Shown in pieces: positions 26,401-41,400 of a stretch of 64,000 nt of DNA; the stretch's first letter is position 1, and every line of letters starts with the position of its first letter. The position numbers and the translations under genes were made by a program. The DNA comes from Balanoglossus misakiensis (Eukaryota > Animalia > Hemichordata): assembly GCA_040954595.2 (NCBI GenBank), contig CM082576.2:3570760-3634759 (forward strand), given 5' to 3'. The notes under the pieces are model-generated. The model saw only the letters and a list, made by a program, of their open reading frames with translations. It searched no databases and was not told the origin of the DNA.

Positions 26401-29400
26401 ATTTTCTTCATTTTTTGACAAAATCATGGGTTATAGCTCATGAAAATCATCCACAAATGACAATTTTTCGACTTTCCGAAATTTCAAATTTTCTTCATTT
26501 TTTGACAAAATCATGGGTTATAGCTCATGAAAATCATCCACAAATGACAATTTTTCGACTTTCCGAAATTTCAAAATTTCTTCATTTTTTGACAAAATCA
26601 TGGGTTATAGCTCATGAAAATCATCCACAAATGACAATTTTTCGACTTTCCGAAATTTCAAAATTTCTTCATTTTTTGACAAAATCATGGGTTATAGCTC
26701 ATGAAAATCATTCACAAATGACAATTTTTCGACTTTCCGAAATTTCAAAATTACTTCATTTTTTTGAAAAAACCATGGGTTATAGCTCACGAAAATCACC
26801 CACAAATGGCAATTTTTCGACTTTGCGAAATATCAAAATTTCTTCATTTTTTGACAAAATCATGGGTTATAGCTCACGAAAATCGCCCACAAATGACAAT
26901 TTTTCGACTTTGCGAAATATCAAAATTTCTTCATTTTTTGACAAAATCATGGGTTAGAGCTCACGAAAATCGCCCACAAATGACAATTTTTCGACTTTGC
27001 GAAATTTCAAAATTTCTTCATTTTTTGACAAAATCATGGGTTAGAGCTCATGAAAATCATCCACAAATGACAATTTTTCGACTTTCCGAAATTTCAAAAT
27101 TTCTTCATTTTTTGACAAAATCATGGGTTATAGCTCATGAAAATCATCCACAAATGACAATTTTTCGACTTTCCGAAATTTCAAAATTTCTTCATTTTTT
27201 GACAAAATCATGGGTTATAGCTCATGAAAATCATTCACAAATGACAATTTTTCGACTTTCCGAAATTTCAAAATTACTTCATTTTTTTGAAAAAACCATG
27301 GGTTATAGCTCACGAAAATCACCCACAAATGGCAATTTTTCGACTTTGCGAAATATCAAAATTTCTTCATTTTTTGACAAAATCATGGGTTATAGCTCAC
27401 GAAAATCGCCCACAAATGACAATTTTTCGACTTTGCGAAATTTCAAAATTTCTTCATTTTTTGACAAAATCATGGGTTATAGCTCACGAAAATCACCCAC
27501 AAATGACAATTTTTCGACTTTCCGAAATTTCAAAATTTCTTCATTTTTTGACAAAATCATGGGTTATAGCTCATGAAAATCATCCACAAATGACAATTTT
27601 TCGACTTTCCGAAATTTCAAAATTACTTCATTTTTTGACAAAATCATGGGTTATAGCTCATGAAAATCGCCCACAAATGACAATTTTTCGACTTTCCGAA
27701 ATTTCAAAATTTCTTCATTTTTTGACAAAATCATGGGTTATAGCTCAGGAAAATCATCCACAAATGACAATTTTTTGACTTTCCGAAATTTCAAAATTTC
27801 TTCATTTTTTGACAAAATCATGGGTTATAGCTCAGGAAAATCATCCACAAATGACAATTTTTCGACTTTCCGAAATTTCAAAATTTCTTCATTTTTTGAC
27901 AAAATCATGGGTTATAGCTCAGGAAAATCATCCACAAATGACAATTTTTCGACTTTCCGAAATTTCAAAATTTCTTCATTTTTTGACAAAATCATGGGTT
28001 ATAGCTCAGGAAAATCATCCACAAATGACAATTTTTCGACTTTCCGAAATTTCAAAATTTCTTCATTTTTTGACAAAATCATGGGTTATAGCTCAGGAAA
28101 ATCATCCACAAATGACAATTTTTCGACTTTCCGAAATTTCAAAATTTCTTCATTTTTTTGACAAAATCATGGGTTATAGCTCAGGAAAATCATCCACAAA
28201 TGACAATTTTTCGACTTTCCGAAATTTCAAAATTTCTTCATTTTTTGACAAAATCATGGGTTATAGCTCAGGAAAATCATCCACAAATGACAATTTTTCG
28301 ACTTTCCGAAATTTCAAAATTTCTTCATTTTTTGACAAAATCATGGGTTATAGCTCAGGAAAATCATCCACAAATGACAATTTTTCGACTTTCCGAAATT
28401 TCAAAATTTCTTCATTTTTTGACAAAATCATGGGTTATAGCTCAGGAAAATCATCCACAAATGACAATTTTTCGACTTTCCGAAATTTCAAAATTTCTTC
28501 ATTTTTTGACAAAATCATGGGTTATAGCTCATGAAAATCATCCACAAATGACAATTTTTCGACTTTCCGAAATTTCAAAATTTCTTCATTTTTTGACAAA
28601 ATCATGGGTTATAGCTCATGAAAATCATCCACAAATGACAATTTTTCGACTTTCCAAAATTTCAAAATTTCTTCATTTTTTGACAAAATCATGGGTTATA
28701 GCTCAGGAAAATCGTCCACAAATGACAATTTTTCGACTTTCCGAAATTTCAAAATTTCTTCATTTTTTGACAAAATCATGGGTTATAGCTCATGAAAATC
28801 ATCCACAAATGACAGTTTTTCGACTTTCCGAAATTTCAAAATTTCTTCATTTTTTGACAAAATCATGGGTTATAGCTCATGAAAATCATCCACAAATGAC
28901 AATTTTTCGACTTTCCGAAATTTCAAAATTTCTTCATTTTTTGACAAAATCATGGGTTATAGCTCAGGAAAATCATCCACAAATGACAATTTTTCGACTT
29001 TCCGAAATTTCAAAATTTCTTCATTTTTTGACAAAATCATGGGTTATAGCTCAGGAAAATCATCCACAAATGACATTTTTTCGACTTTCCGAAATTTCAA
29101 AATTTCTTCATTTTTTGACAAAATCATGGGTTATAGCTCAGGAAAATCATCCACAAATGACAATTTTTCGACTTTCCGAAATTTCAAAATTTCTTCATTT
29201 TTTGACAAAATCATGGGTTATAGCTCAGGAAAATCATCCACAAATGACAATTTTTCGACTTTCCGAAATTTCAAAATTTCTTCATTTTTTGACAAAATCA
29301 TGGGTTATAGCTCAGGAAAATCATCCACAAATGACAATTTTTCGACTTTCCGAAATTTCAAAATTTCTTCATTTTTTGACAAAATCATGGGTTATAGCTC

Positions 29401-32400
29401 AGGAAAATCATCCACAAATGACATTTTTTCGACTTTCCGAAATTTCAAAATTTCTTCATTTTTTGACAAAATCATGGGTTATAGCTCAGGAAAATCATCC
29501 ACAAATGACAGTTTTTCGACTTTCCGAAATTTCAAAATTTCTACATTTTTTGACAAAATCATGGGTTATAGCTCAGGAAAATCATCCACAAATGACAATT
29601 TTTCGACTTTCCGAAATTTCAAAATATCTTCATTTTTTGACAAAATCATGGGTTATAGCTCAGGAAAATCATCCACAAATGACAATTTTTCGACTTTCCG
29701 AAATTTCAAAATTTCTTCATTTTTTGACAAAATCATGGGTTATAGCTCAGGAAAATCATCCACAAATGACAATTTTTCGACTTTCCGAAATTTCAAAATT
29801 TCTTCATTTTTTGACAAAATCATGGGTTATATAGCTCAGGAAAATCATCCACAAATGACAATTTTTCGACTTTCCGAAATTTCAAAATTTCTTCATTTTT
29901 TGACAAAATCATGGGTTATAGCTCAGGAAAATCATCCACAAATGACAGTTTTTCGACTTTCCGAAATTTCAAAATTTCTTCATTTTTTGACAAAATCATG
30001 GGTTATAGCTCAGGAAAATCATCCACAAATGACAATTTTTCGACTTTCCGAAATTTCAAAATTTCTTCATTTTTTGACAAAATCATGGGTTATAGCTCAG
30101 GAAAATCATCCACAAATGACAATTTTTCGACTTTCCGAAATTTCAAAATTTCTTCATTTTTTGACAAAATCATGGGTTATAGCTCAGGAAAATCATCCAC
30201 AAATGACAATTTTTCGACTTTCCGAAATTTCAAAATTTCTTCATTTTTTGACAAAATCATGGGTTATAGCTCAGGAAAATCATCCACAAATGACAATTTT
30301 TCGACTTTCCGAAATTTCAAAATTTCTTCATTTTTTGACAAAATCATGGGTTATAGCTCATGAAAATCATCCACAAATGACAATTTTTCGACTTTCCGAA
30401 ATTTCAAAATTTCTTCATTTTTTGACAAAATCATGGGTTATAGCTCATGAAAATCATCCACAAATGACAATTTTTCGACTTTCCGAAATTTCAAAATTTC
30501 TTCATTTTTTGACAAAATCATGGGTTATAGCTCATGAAAATCATCCACAAATGACAATTTTTCGACTTTCCGAAATTTCAAAATTTCTTCATTTTTTGAC
30601 AAAATCATGGGTTATAGCTCATGAAAATCATCCACAAATGACAATTTTTCGACTTTCCGAAATTTCAAAATTTCTTCATTTTTTGACAAAATCATGTGTT
30701 ATAGCTCATGAAAATCATCCACAAATGACAATTTTTCGACTTTCCGAAATTTCAAATTTTCTTCATTTTTTGACAAAATCATGGGTTATAGCTCATGAAA
30801 ATCATCCACAAATGACAATTTTTCGACTTTCCGAAATTTCAAAATTTCTTCATTTTTTGACAAAATCATGGGTTATAGCTCATGAAAATCATCCACAAAT
30901 GACAATTTTTCGACTTTCCGAAATTTCAAATTTTCTTCATTTTTTGCCAAAATCATGGGTTATAGCTCATGAAAATCATCCACAAATGACAATTTTTCGA
31001 CTTTCCGAAATTTCAAAATTTCTTCATTTTTTGACAAAATCATGGGTTATAGCTCATGAAAATCATCCACAAATGACAATTTTTCGACTTTCCGAAATTT
31101 CAAAATTTCTTCATTTTTTGCAAAAATCATGGGTTATAGCTCATGAAAATCATCCACAAATGACAATTTTTCGACTTTCCGAAATTTCAAAATTTCTTTA
31201 TTTTTTGACAAAATCATGGGTTATAGCTCAGGAAAATCATCCACAAATGACAATTTTTCGACTTTCCGAAATTTCAAAATTTCTTCATTTTTTGACAAAA
31301 TCATGGGTTATAGCTCAGGAAAATCATCCACAAATGACAATTTTTCGACTTTCCGAAATTTCAAAATTTCTTCATTTTTTAACAAAATCATGGGTTATAG
31401 CTCATGAAAATCATCCACAAATGACAATTTTTCGACTTTCCGAAATTTCAAAATTTCTTCATTTTTTGACAAAATCATGGGTTATAGCTCAGGAAAATCA
31501 TCCACAAATGACAATTTTTCGACTTTCCGAAATTTCAAAATTTCTTCATTTTTTGACAAAATCATGGGTTATAGCTCAGGAAAATCATCCACAAATGACA
31601 ATTTTTCGACTTTCCGAAATTTCAAAATTTCTTCATTTTTTGACAAAATCATGGGTTATAGCTCATGAAAATCATCCACAAATGACAATTTTTCGACTTT
31701 CCGAAATTTCAAAATTTCTTCATTTTTTGACAAAATCATGGGTTATAGCTCATGAAAATCATCCACAAATGACAATTTTTCGACTTTCCGAAATTTCAAA
31801 ATTTCTTCATTTTTTGGCAAAATCATGGGTTATAGCTCATGAAAATCATCCACAAATGACAATTTTTCGACTTTCCGAAATTTCAAAATTTCTTCATTTT
31901 TTGACAAAATCATGTGTTATAGCTCATGAAAATCATCCACAAATGACAATTTTTCGACTTTCCGAAATTTCAAATTTTCTTCATTTTTTGCCAAAATCAT
32001 GGGTTATAGCTCATGAAAATCATCCACAAATGACAATTTTTCGACTTTCCGAAATTTCAAAATTTCTTCATTTTTTGACAAAATCATGGGTTATAGCTCA
32101 TGAAAATCATCCACAAATGACAATTTTTCGACTTTCCGAAATTTCAAAATTTCTTCATTTTTTGCAAAAATCATGGGTTATAGCTCATGAAAATCATCCA
32201 CAAATGACAATTTTTCGACTTTCCGAAATTTCAAAATTTCTTTATTTTTTGACAAAATCATGGGTTATAGCTCATGAAAATCATCCACAAATGACAATTT
32301 TTCGACTTTCCGAAATTTCAAAATTTCTTCATTTTTTGACAAAATCATGGGTTATAGCTCAGGAAAATCATCCACAAATGACAATTTTTCGACTTTCCGA

Positions 32401-35400
32401 AATTTCAAAATTTCTTCATTTTTTGACAAAATCATGGGTTATAGCTCAGGAAAATCATCCACAAATGACAATTTTTCGACTTTCCGAAATTTCAAAATTT
32501 CTTCATTTTTTGACAAAATCATGGGTTATAGCTCAGGAAAATCATCCACAAATGACAATTTTTCGACTTTCCGAAATTTCAAAATTTCTTCATTTTTTGA
32601 CAAAATCATGGGTTATAGCTCATGAAAATCATCCACAAATGACAATTTTTCGACTTTCCGAAATTTCAAAATTTCTTCATTTTTTGACAAAATCATGGGT
32701 TATAGCTCATGAAAATCATCCACAAATGACAATTTTTCGACTTTCCGAAATTTCAAAATTTCTTCATTTTTTGACAAAATCATAGGTTATAGCTCATGAA
32801 AATCATCCACAAATGACAATTTTTCGACTTTCCGAAATTTCAAATTTTCTTCATTTTTTGACAAAATCATGGGTTATAGCTCATGAAAATCATCCACAAA
32901 TGACAATTTTCCGAAATTTCAAAATTTCTTCATTTTTTGACAAAATCATGGGTTATAGCTCATGAAAATCATCCACAAATGACAATTTTTCGACTTTCCG
33001 AAATTTCAAATTTTCTTCATTTTTTGACAAAATCATGGGTTATAGCTCATGAAAATCATCCACAAATGACAATTTTTCGACTTTCCGAAATTTCAAAATT
33101 TCTTCATTTTTTGACAAAATCATGGGTTATAGCTCATGAAAATCATCCACAAATGACAATTTTTCGACTTTCCGAAATTTCAAATTTTCTTCATTTTTTG
33201 ACAAAATCATGGGTTATAGCTCATGAAAATCATTCACAAATGACAATTTTTCGACTTTCCGAAATTTCAAAATTACTTCATTTTTTTGAAAAAACCATGG
33301 GTTATAGCTCACGAAAATCACCCACAAATGGCAATTTTTCGACTTTGCGAAATATCAAAATTTCTTCATTTTTTGACAAAATCATGGGTTATAGCTCATG
33401 AAAATCATCCACAAATGACAATTTTTCGACTTTCCGAAATTTCAAAATTTCTTCATTTTTTGACAAAATCATGGGTTATAGCTCATGAAAATCATCCACA
33501 AATGACAATTTTTCGACTTTCCGAAATTTCAAAATTTCTTCATTTTTTGACAAAATCATGGGTTATAGCTCATGAAAATCATCCACAAATGACAATTTTT
33601 CGACTTTCCGAAATTTCAAAATTTCTTCATTTTTTGACAAAATCATGGGTTATAGCTCATGAAAATCATCCACAAATGACAATTTTTCGACTTTCCGAAA
33701 TTTCAAAATTTCTTCATTTTTTGACAAAATCATGGGTTATAGCTCATGAAAATCATCCACAAATGACAATTTTTCGACTTTCCGAAATTTCAAAATTTCT
33801 TCATTTTTTGACAAAATCATGGGTTATAGCTCATGAAAATCATCCACAAATGACAATTTTTCGACTTTCCGAAATTTCAAAATTTCTTCATTTTTTGACA
33901 AAATCATGGGTTATAGCTCATGAAAATCATCCACAAATGACAATTTTTCGACTTTCCGAAATTTCAAATTTTCTTCATTTTTTGACAAAATCATGGGTTA
34001 TAGCTCATGAAAATCATCCACAAATGACAATTTTTCGACTTTCCGAAATTTCAAATTTTCTTCATTTTTTGACAAAATCATGGGTTATAGCTCATGAAAA
34101 TCATCCACAAATGACAATTTTTCGACTTTCCGAAATTTCAAATTTTCTTCATTTTTTGACAAAATCATGGGTTATAGCTCATGAAAATCATCCACAAATG
34201 ACAATTTTTCGACTTTCCGAAATTTCAAATTTTCTTCATTTTTTGACAAAATCATGGGTTATAGCTCATGAAAATCATCCACAAATGACAATTTTCCGAA
34301 ATTTCAAAATTTCTTCATTTTTTGACAAAATCATGGGTTATAGCTCATGAAAATCATCCACAAATGACAATTTTTCGACTTTCCGAAATTTCAAATTTTC
34401 TTCATTTTTTGACAAAATCATGGGTTATAGCTCATGAAAATCATCCACAAATGACAATTTTTCGACTTTCCGAAATTTCAAAATTTCTTCATTTTTTGAC
34501 AAAATCATGGGTTATAGCTCATGAAAATCATCCACAAATGACAATTTTTCGACTTTCCGAAATTTCAAAATTTCTTCATTTTTTGACAAAATCATGGGTT
34601 ATAGCTCATGAAAATCATTCACAAATGACAATTTTTCGACTTTCCGAAATTTCAAAATTACTTCATTTTTTTGAAAAAACCATGGGTTATAGCTCACGAA
34701 AATCACCCACAAATGGCAATTTTTCGACTTTGCGAAATATCAAAATTTCTTCATTTTTTGACAAAATCATGGGTTATAGCTCACGAAAATCGCCCACAAA
34801 TGACAATTTTTCGACTTTGCGAAATTTCAAAATTTCTTCATTTTTTGACAAAATCATGGGTTATAGCTCACGAAAATCACCCACAAATGACAATTTTTCG
34901 ACTTTCCGAAATTTCAAAATTTCTTCATTTTTTGACAAAATCATGGGTTATAGCTCACGAAAATCACCCACAAATGACAATTTTTCGACTTTCCGAAATT
35001 TCAAAATTTCTTCATTTTTTGACAAAATCATGGGTTATAGCTCAGGAAAATCATCCACAAATGACAATTTTTCGACTTTCCGAAATTTCAAAATTTCTCC
35101 ATTTTTTGACAAAATCATGGGTTATAGCTCAGGAAAATCATCCACAAATGACAATTTTTCGACTTTCCGAAATTTCAAAATTTCTTCATTTTTTGACAAA
35201 ATCATGGGTTATAGCTTAGGAAAATCATCCACAAATGACAATTTTTCGACTTTCCGAAATTTCAAAATTTCTTCATTATTTGACAAAATCATGGGTTATA
35301 GCTCATGAAAATCATCCACAAATGACAATTTTTCGACTTTCCGAAATTTCAAAATTTCTTCATTTTTTGACAAAATCATGGGTTATAGCTCATGAAAATC

Positions 35401-38400
35401 ATCCACAAATGACAATTTTTCGACTTTCCGAAATTTCAAAATTTCTTCATTTTTTGACAAAATCATGGGTTATAGCTCATGAAAATCATCCACAAATGAC
35501 AATTTTTCGACTTTCCGAAATTTCAAAATTTCTTCATTTTTTGACAAAATCATGGGTTATAGCTCATGAAAATCATCCACAAATGACAATTTTTCGACTT
35601 TCCGAAATTTCAAATTTTCTTCATTTTTTGACAAAATCATGGGTTATAGCTCATGAAAATCATCCACAAATGACAATTTTCCGAAATTTCAAAATTTCTT
35701 CATTTTTTGACAAAATCATGGGTTATAGCTCATGAAAATCATCCACAAATGACAATTTTTCGACTTTCCGAAATTTCAAAATTTCTTCATTTTTTGACAA
35801 AATCATGGGTTATAGCTCATGAAAATCATCCACAAATGACAATTTTTCGACTTTCCGAAATTTCAAAATTTCTTCATTTTTTGACAAAATCATGGGTTAT
35901 AGCTCAGGAAAATCATCCACAAATGACAATTTTTCGACTTTCCGAAATTTCAAAATTTCTTCATTTTTTGACAAAATCATGGGTTATAGCTCATGAAAAT
36001 CATCCACAAATGACAATTTTTCGACTTTCCGAAATTTCAAAATTTCTTCATTTTTTGACAAAATCATGGGTTATAGCTCATGAAAATCATCCACAAATGA
36101 CAATTTTTCGACTTTCCGAAATTTCAAAATTTCTTCATTTTTTGACAAAATCATGGGTTATAGCTCATGAAAATCATCCACAAATGACAATTTTTCGACT
36201 TTCCGAAATTTCAAAATTTCTTCATTTTTTGACAAAATCATGGGTTATAGCTCATGAAAATCATCCACAAATGACAATTTTTCGACTTTCCGAAATTTCA
36301 AAATTTCTTCATTTTTTGACAAAATCATGGGTTATAGCTCATGAAAATCATCCACAAATGACAATTTTTCGACTTTCCGAAATTTCAAATTTTCTTCATT
36401 TTTTGACAAAATCATGGGTTATAGCTCATGAAAATCATCCACAAATGACAATTTTTCGACTTTCCGAAATTTCAAATTTTCTTCATTTTTTGACAAAATC
36501 ATGGGTTATAGCTCATGAAAATCATCCACAAATGACAATTTTTCGACTTTCCGAAATTTCAAATTTTCTTCATTTTTTGACAAAATCATGGGTTATAGCT
36601 CATGAAAATCATCCACAAATGACAATTTTCCGAAATTTCAAAATTTCTTCATTTTTTGACAAAATCATGGGTTATAGCTCATGAAAATCATCCACAAATG
36701 ACAATTTTTCGACTTTCCGAAATTTCAAATTTTCTTCATTTTTTGACAAAATCATGGGTTATAGCTCATGAAAATCATCCACAAATGACAATTTTTCGAC
36801 TTTCCGAAATTTCAAAATTTCTTCATTTTTTGACAAAATCATGGGTTATAGCTCATGAAAATCATCCACAAATGACAATTTTTCGACTTTCCGAAATTTC
36901 AAAATTTCTTCATTTTTTGACAAAATCATGGGTTATAGCTCATGAAAATCATTCACAAATGACAATTTTTCGACTTTCCGAAATTTCAAAATTACTTCAT
37001 TTTTTTGAAAAAACCATGGGTTATAGCTCACGAAAATCACCCACAAATGGCAATTTTTCGACTTTGCGAAATATCAAAATTTCTTCATTTTTTGACAAAA
37101 TCATGGGTTATAGCTCAGGAAAATCACCCACAAATGACAATTTTTCGACTTTCCAAAATTTCAAAATTTCTTCATTTTTTGACAAAATCATGGGTTATAG
37201 CTCATGAAAATCATTCACAAATGACAATTTTTCGACTTTCCGAAATTTCAAAATTTCTTCATTTTTTGACAAAATCATGGGTTATAGCTCATGAAAATCA
37301 TCCACAAATGACAATTTTTCGACTTTCCGAAATTTCAAAATTTCTTCATTTTTTGACAAAATCATGGGTTATAGCTCATGAAAATCATCCACAAATGACA
37401 ATTTTTCGACTTTCCGAAATTTCAAAATTTCTTCATTTTTTGACAAAATCATGGGTTATAGCTCATGAAAATCATCCACAAATGACAATTTTTCGACTTT
37501 CCGAAATTTCAAAATTTCTTCATTTTTTGACAAAATCATGGGTTATAGCTCATGAAAATCATCCACAAATGACAATTTTTCGACTTTCCGAAATTTCAAA
37601 ATTTCTTCATTTTTTGACAAAATCATGGGTTATAGCTCATGAAAATCATCCACAAATGACAATTTTTCGACTTTCCGAAATTTCAAAATTTCTTCATTTT
37701 TTGACAAAATCATGGGTTATAGCTCATGAAAATCATCCACAAATGACAATTTTTCGACTTTCCGAAATTTCAAATTTTCTTCATTTTTTGACAAAATCAT
37801 GGGTTATAGCTCATGAAAATCATCCACAAATGACAATTTTTCGACTTTCCGAAATTTCAAATTTTCTTCATTTTTTGACAAAATCATGGGTTATAGCTCA
37901 TGAAAATCATCCACAAATGACAATTTTCCGAAATTTCAAAATTTCTTCATTTTTTGACAAAATCATGGGTTATAGCTCATGAAAATCATCCACAAATGAC
38001 AATTTTTCGACTTTCCGAAATTTCAAATTTTCTTCATTTTTTGACAAAATCATGGGTTATAGCTCATGAAAATCATTCACAAATGACAATTTTTCGACTT
38101 TCCGAAATTTCAAAATTACTTCATTTTTTTGAAAAAACCATGGGTTATAGCTCACGAAAATCACCCACAAATGGCAATTTTTCGACTTTGCGAAATATCA
38201 AAATTTCTTCATTTTTTGACAAAATCATGGGTTATAGCTCACGAAAATCGCCCACAAATGACAATTTTTCGACTTTGCGAAATTTCAAAATTTCTTCATT
38301 TTTTGACAAAATCATGGGTTATAGCTCACGAAAATCACCCACAAATGACAATTTTTCGACTTTCCGAAATTTCAAAATTTCTTCATTTTTTGACAAAATC

Positions 38401-41400
38401 ATGGGTTATAGCTCACGAAAATCACCCACAAATGACAATTTTTCGACTTTCCGAAATTTCAAAATTTCTTCATTTTTTGACAAAATCATGGGTTATAGCT
38501 CAGGAAAATCATCCACAAATGACAATTTTTCGACTTTCCGAAATTTCAAAATTTCTTCATTTTTTGACAAAATCATGGGTTATAGCTCAGGAAAATCATC
38601 CACAAATGACAATTTTTCGACTTTCCGAAATTTCAAAATTTCTTCATTTTTTGACAAAATCATGGGTTATAGCTCAGGAAAATCATCCACAAATGACAAT
38701 TTTTCGACTTTCCGAAATTTCAAAATTTCTTCATTTTTTGACAAAATCATGGGTTATAGCTCATGAAAATCATCCACAAATGACAATTTTTCGACTTTCC
38801 GAAATTTCAAAATTTCTTCATTTTTTGACAAAATCATGGGTTATAGCTCATGAAAATCATCCACAAATGACAATTTTTCGACTTTCCGAAATTTCAAAAT
38901 TTCTTCATTTTTTGACAAAATCATGGGTTATAGCTCATGAAAATCATTCACAAATGACAATTTTTCGACTTTCCGAAATTTCAAAATTACTTCATTTTTT
39001 TGAAAAAACCATGGGTTATAGCTCACGAAAATCACCCACAAATGGCAATTTTTCGACTTTGCGAAATATAAAAATTTCTTCATTTTTTGACAAAATCATG
39101 GGTTATAGCTCAGGAAAATCATCCACAAATGACAATTTTTCGACTTTCCGAAATTTCAAAATTTCTTCATTTTTTGACAAAATCATGGGTTATAGCTCAG
39201 GAAAATCATCCACAAATGACAATTTTTCGACTTTCCGAAATTTCAAAATTTCTTCATTTTTTGACAAAATCATGGGTTATAGCTCAGGAAAATCATCCAC
39301 AAATGACAATTTTTCGACTTTCCGAAATTTCAAAATTTCTTCATTTTTTGACAAAATCATGGGTTATAGCTCACGAAAATCACCCACAAATGACAATTTT
39401 TCGACTTTCCAAAATTTCAAAATTTCTTCATTTTTTGACAAAATCATGGGTTATAGCTCATGAAAATCATCCACAAATGACAATTTTTCGACTTTCCGAA
39501 ATTTCAAAATTTCTTCATTTTTTGACAAAATCATGGGTTATAGCTCATGAAAATCATTCACAAATGACAATTTTTCGACTTTCCGAAATTTCAAAATTAC
39601 TTCATTTTTTTGAAAAAACCATGGGTTATAGCTCACGAAAATCACCCACAAATGGCAATTTTTCGACTTTGCGAAATATCAAAATTTCTTCATTTTTTGA
39701 CAAAATCATGGGTTATAGCTCACGAAAATCGCCCACAAATGACAATTTTTCGACTTTGCGAAATTTCAAAATTTCTTCATTTTTTGACAAAATCATGGGT
39801 TATAGCTCATGAAAATCATTCACAAATGACAATTTTTCGACTTTCCGAAATTTCAAAATTACTTCATTTTTTTGAAAAAACCATGGGTTATAGCTCACGA
39901 AAATCACCCACAAATGGCAATTTTTCGACTTTGCGAAATATCAAAATTTCTTCATTTTTTGACAAAATCATGGGTTATAGCTCACGAAAATCGCCCACAA
40001 ATGACAATTTTTCGACTTTGCGAAATTTCAAAATTTCGTCATTTTTTGACAAAATCATGGGTTATAGCTCAGGAAAATCATCCACAAATGACAATTTTTC
40101 GACTTTCCGAAATTTCAAAATTTCTTCATTTTTTGACAAAATCATGGGTTATAGCTCAGGAAAATCATCCACAAATGACAATTTTTCGACTTTCCGAAAT
40201 TTCAAAATTTCTTCATTTTTTGACAAAATCATGGGTTATAGCTCAGGAAAATCATCCACAAATGACAATTTTTCGACTTTCCGAAATTTCAAAATTTCTT
40301 CATTTTTTGACAAAATCATGGGTTATAGCTCATGAAAATCATCCACAAATGACAATTTTTCGACTTTCCGAAATTTCAAAATTTCTTCATTTTTTGACAA
40401 AATCATGGGTTATAGCTCAGGAAAATCATCCACAAATGACAATTTTTCGACTTTCCGAAATTTCAAAATTTCTTCATTTTTTGACAAAATCATGGGTTAT
40501 AGCTCATGAAAATCATCCACAAATGACAATTTTTCGACTTTCCGAAATTTCAAAATTTCTTCATTTTTTGACAAAATCATGGGTTATAGCTCATGAAAAT
40601 CACCCACAAATGACAATTTTTCGACTTTCCAAAATTTCAAAATTTCTTCATTTTTTGACAAAATCATGGGTTATAGCTCAGGAAAATCATCCACAAATGA
40701 CAATTTTTCGACTTTCCGAAATTTCAAAATTTCTTCATTTTTTGACAAAATCATGGGTTATAGCTCAGGAAAATCATCCACAAATGACAATTTTTCGACT
40801 TTCCGAAATTTCAAAATTTCTTCATTTTTTGACAAAATCATGGGTTATAGCTCAGGAAAATCATCCACAAATGACAATTTTTCGACTTTCCGAAATTTCA
40901 AAATTTCTTCATTTTTTGACAAAATCATGGGTTATAGCTCAGGAAAATCATCCACAAATGACAATTTTTCGACTTTCCGAAATTTCAAAATTTCTTCATT
41001 TTTTGACAAAATCATGGGTTATAGCTCAGGAAAATCATCCACAAATGACAATTTTTCGACTTTCCGAAATTTCAAAATTTCTTCATTTTTTGACAAAATC
41101 ATGGGTTATAGCTCAGGAAAATCAACCACAAATGACATTTTTTCGACTTTCCGAAATTTCAAAATTTCTTCATTTTTTGACAAAATCATGGGTTATAGCT
41201 CAGGAAAATCATCCACAAATGACAATTTTTCGACTTTCCGAAATTTCAAAATCTCTTCATTTTTTGACAAAATCATGGGTTATAGCTCAGGAAAATCATC
41301 CACAAATGACAATTTTTCGACTTTCCGAAATTTCAAAATTTCTTCATTTTTTGACAAAATCATGGGTTATAGCTCAGGAAAATCATCCACAAATGACATT

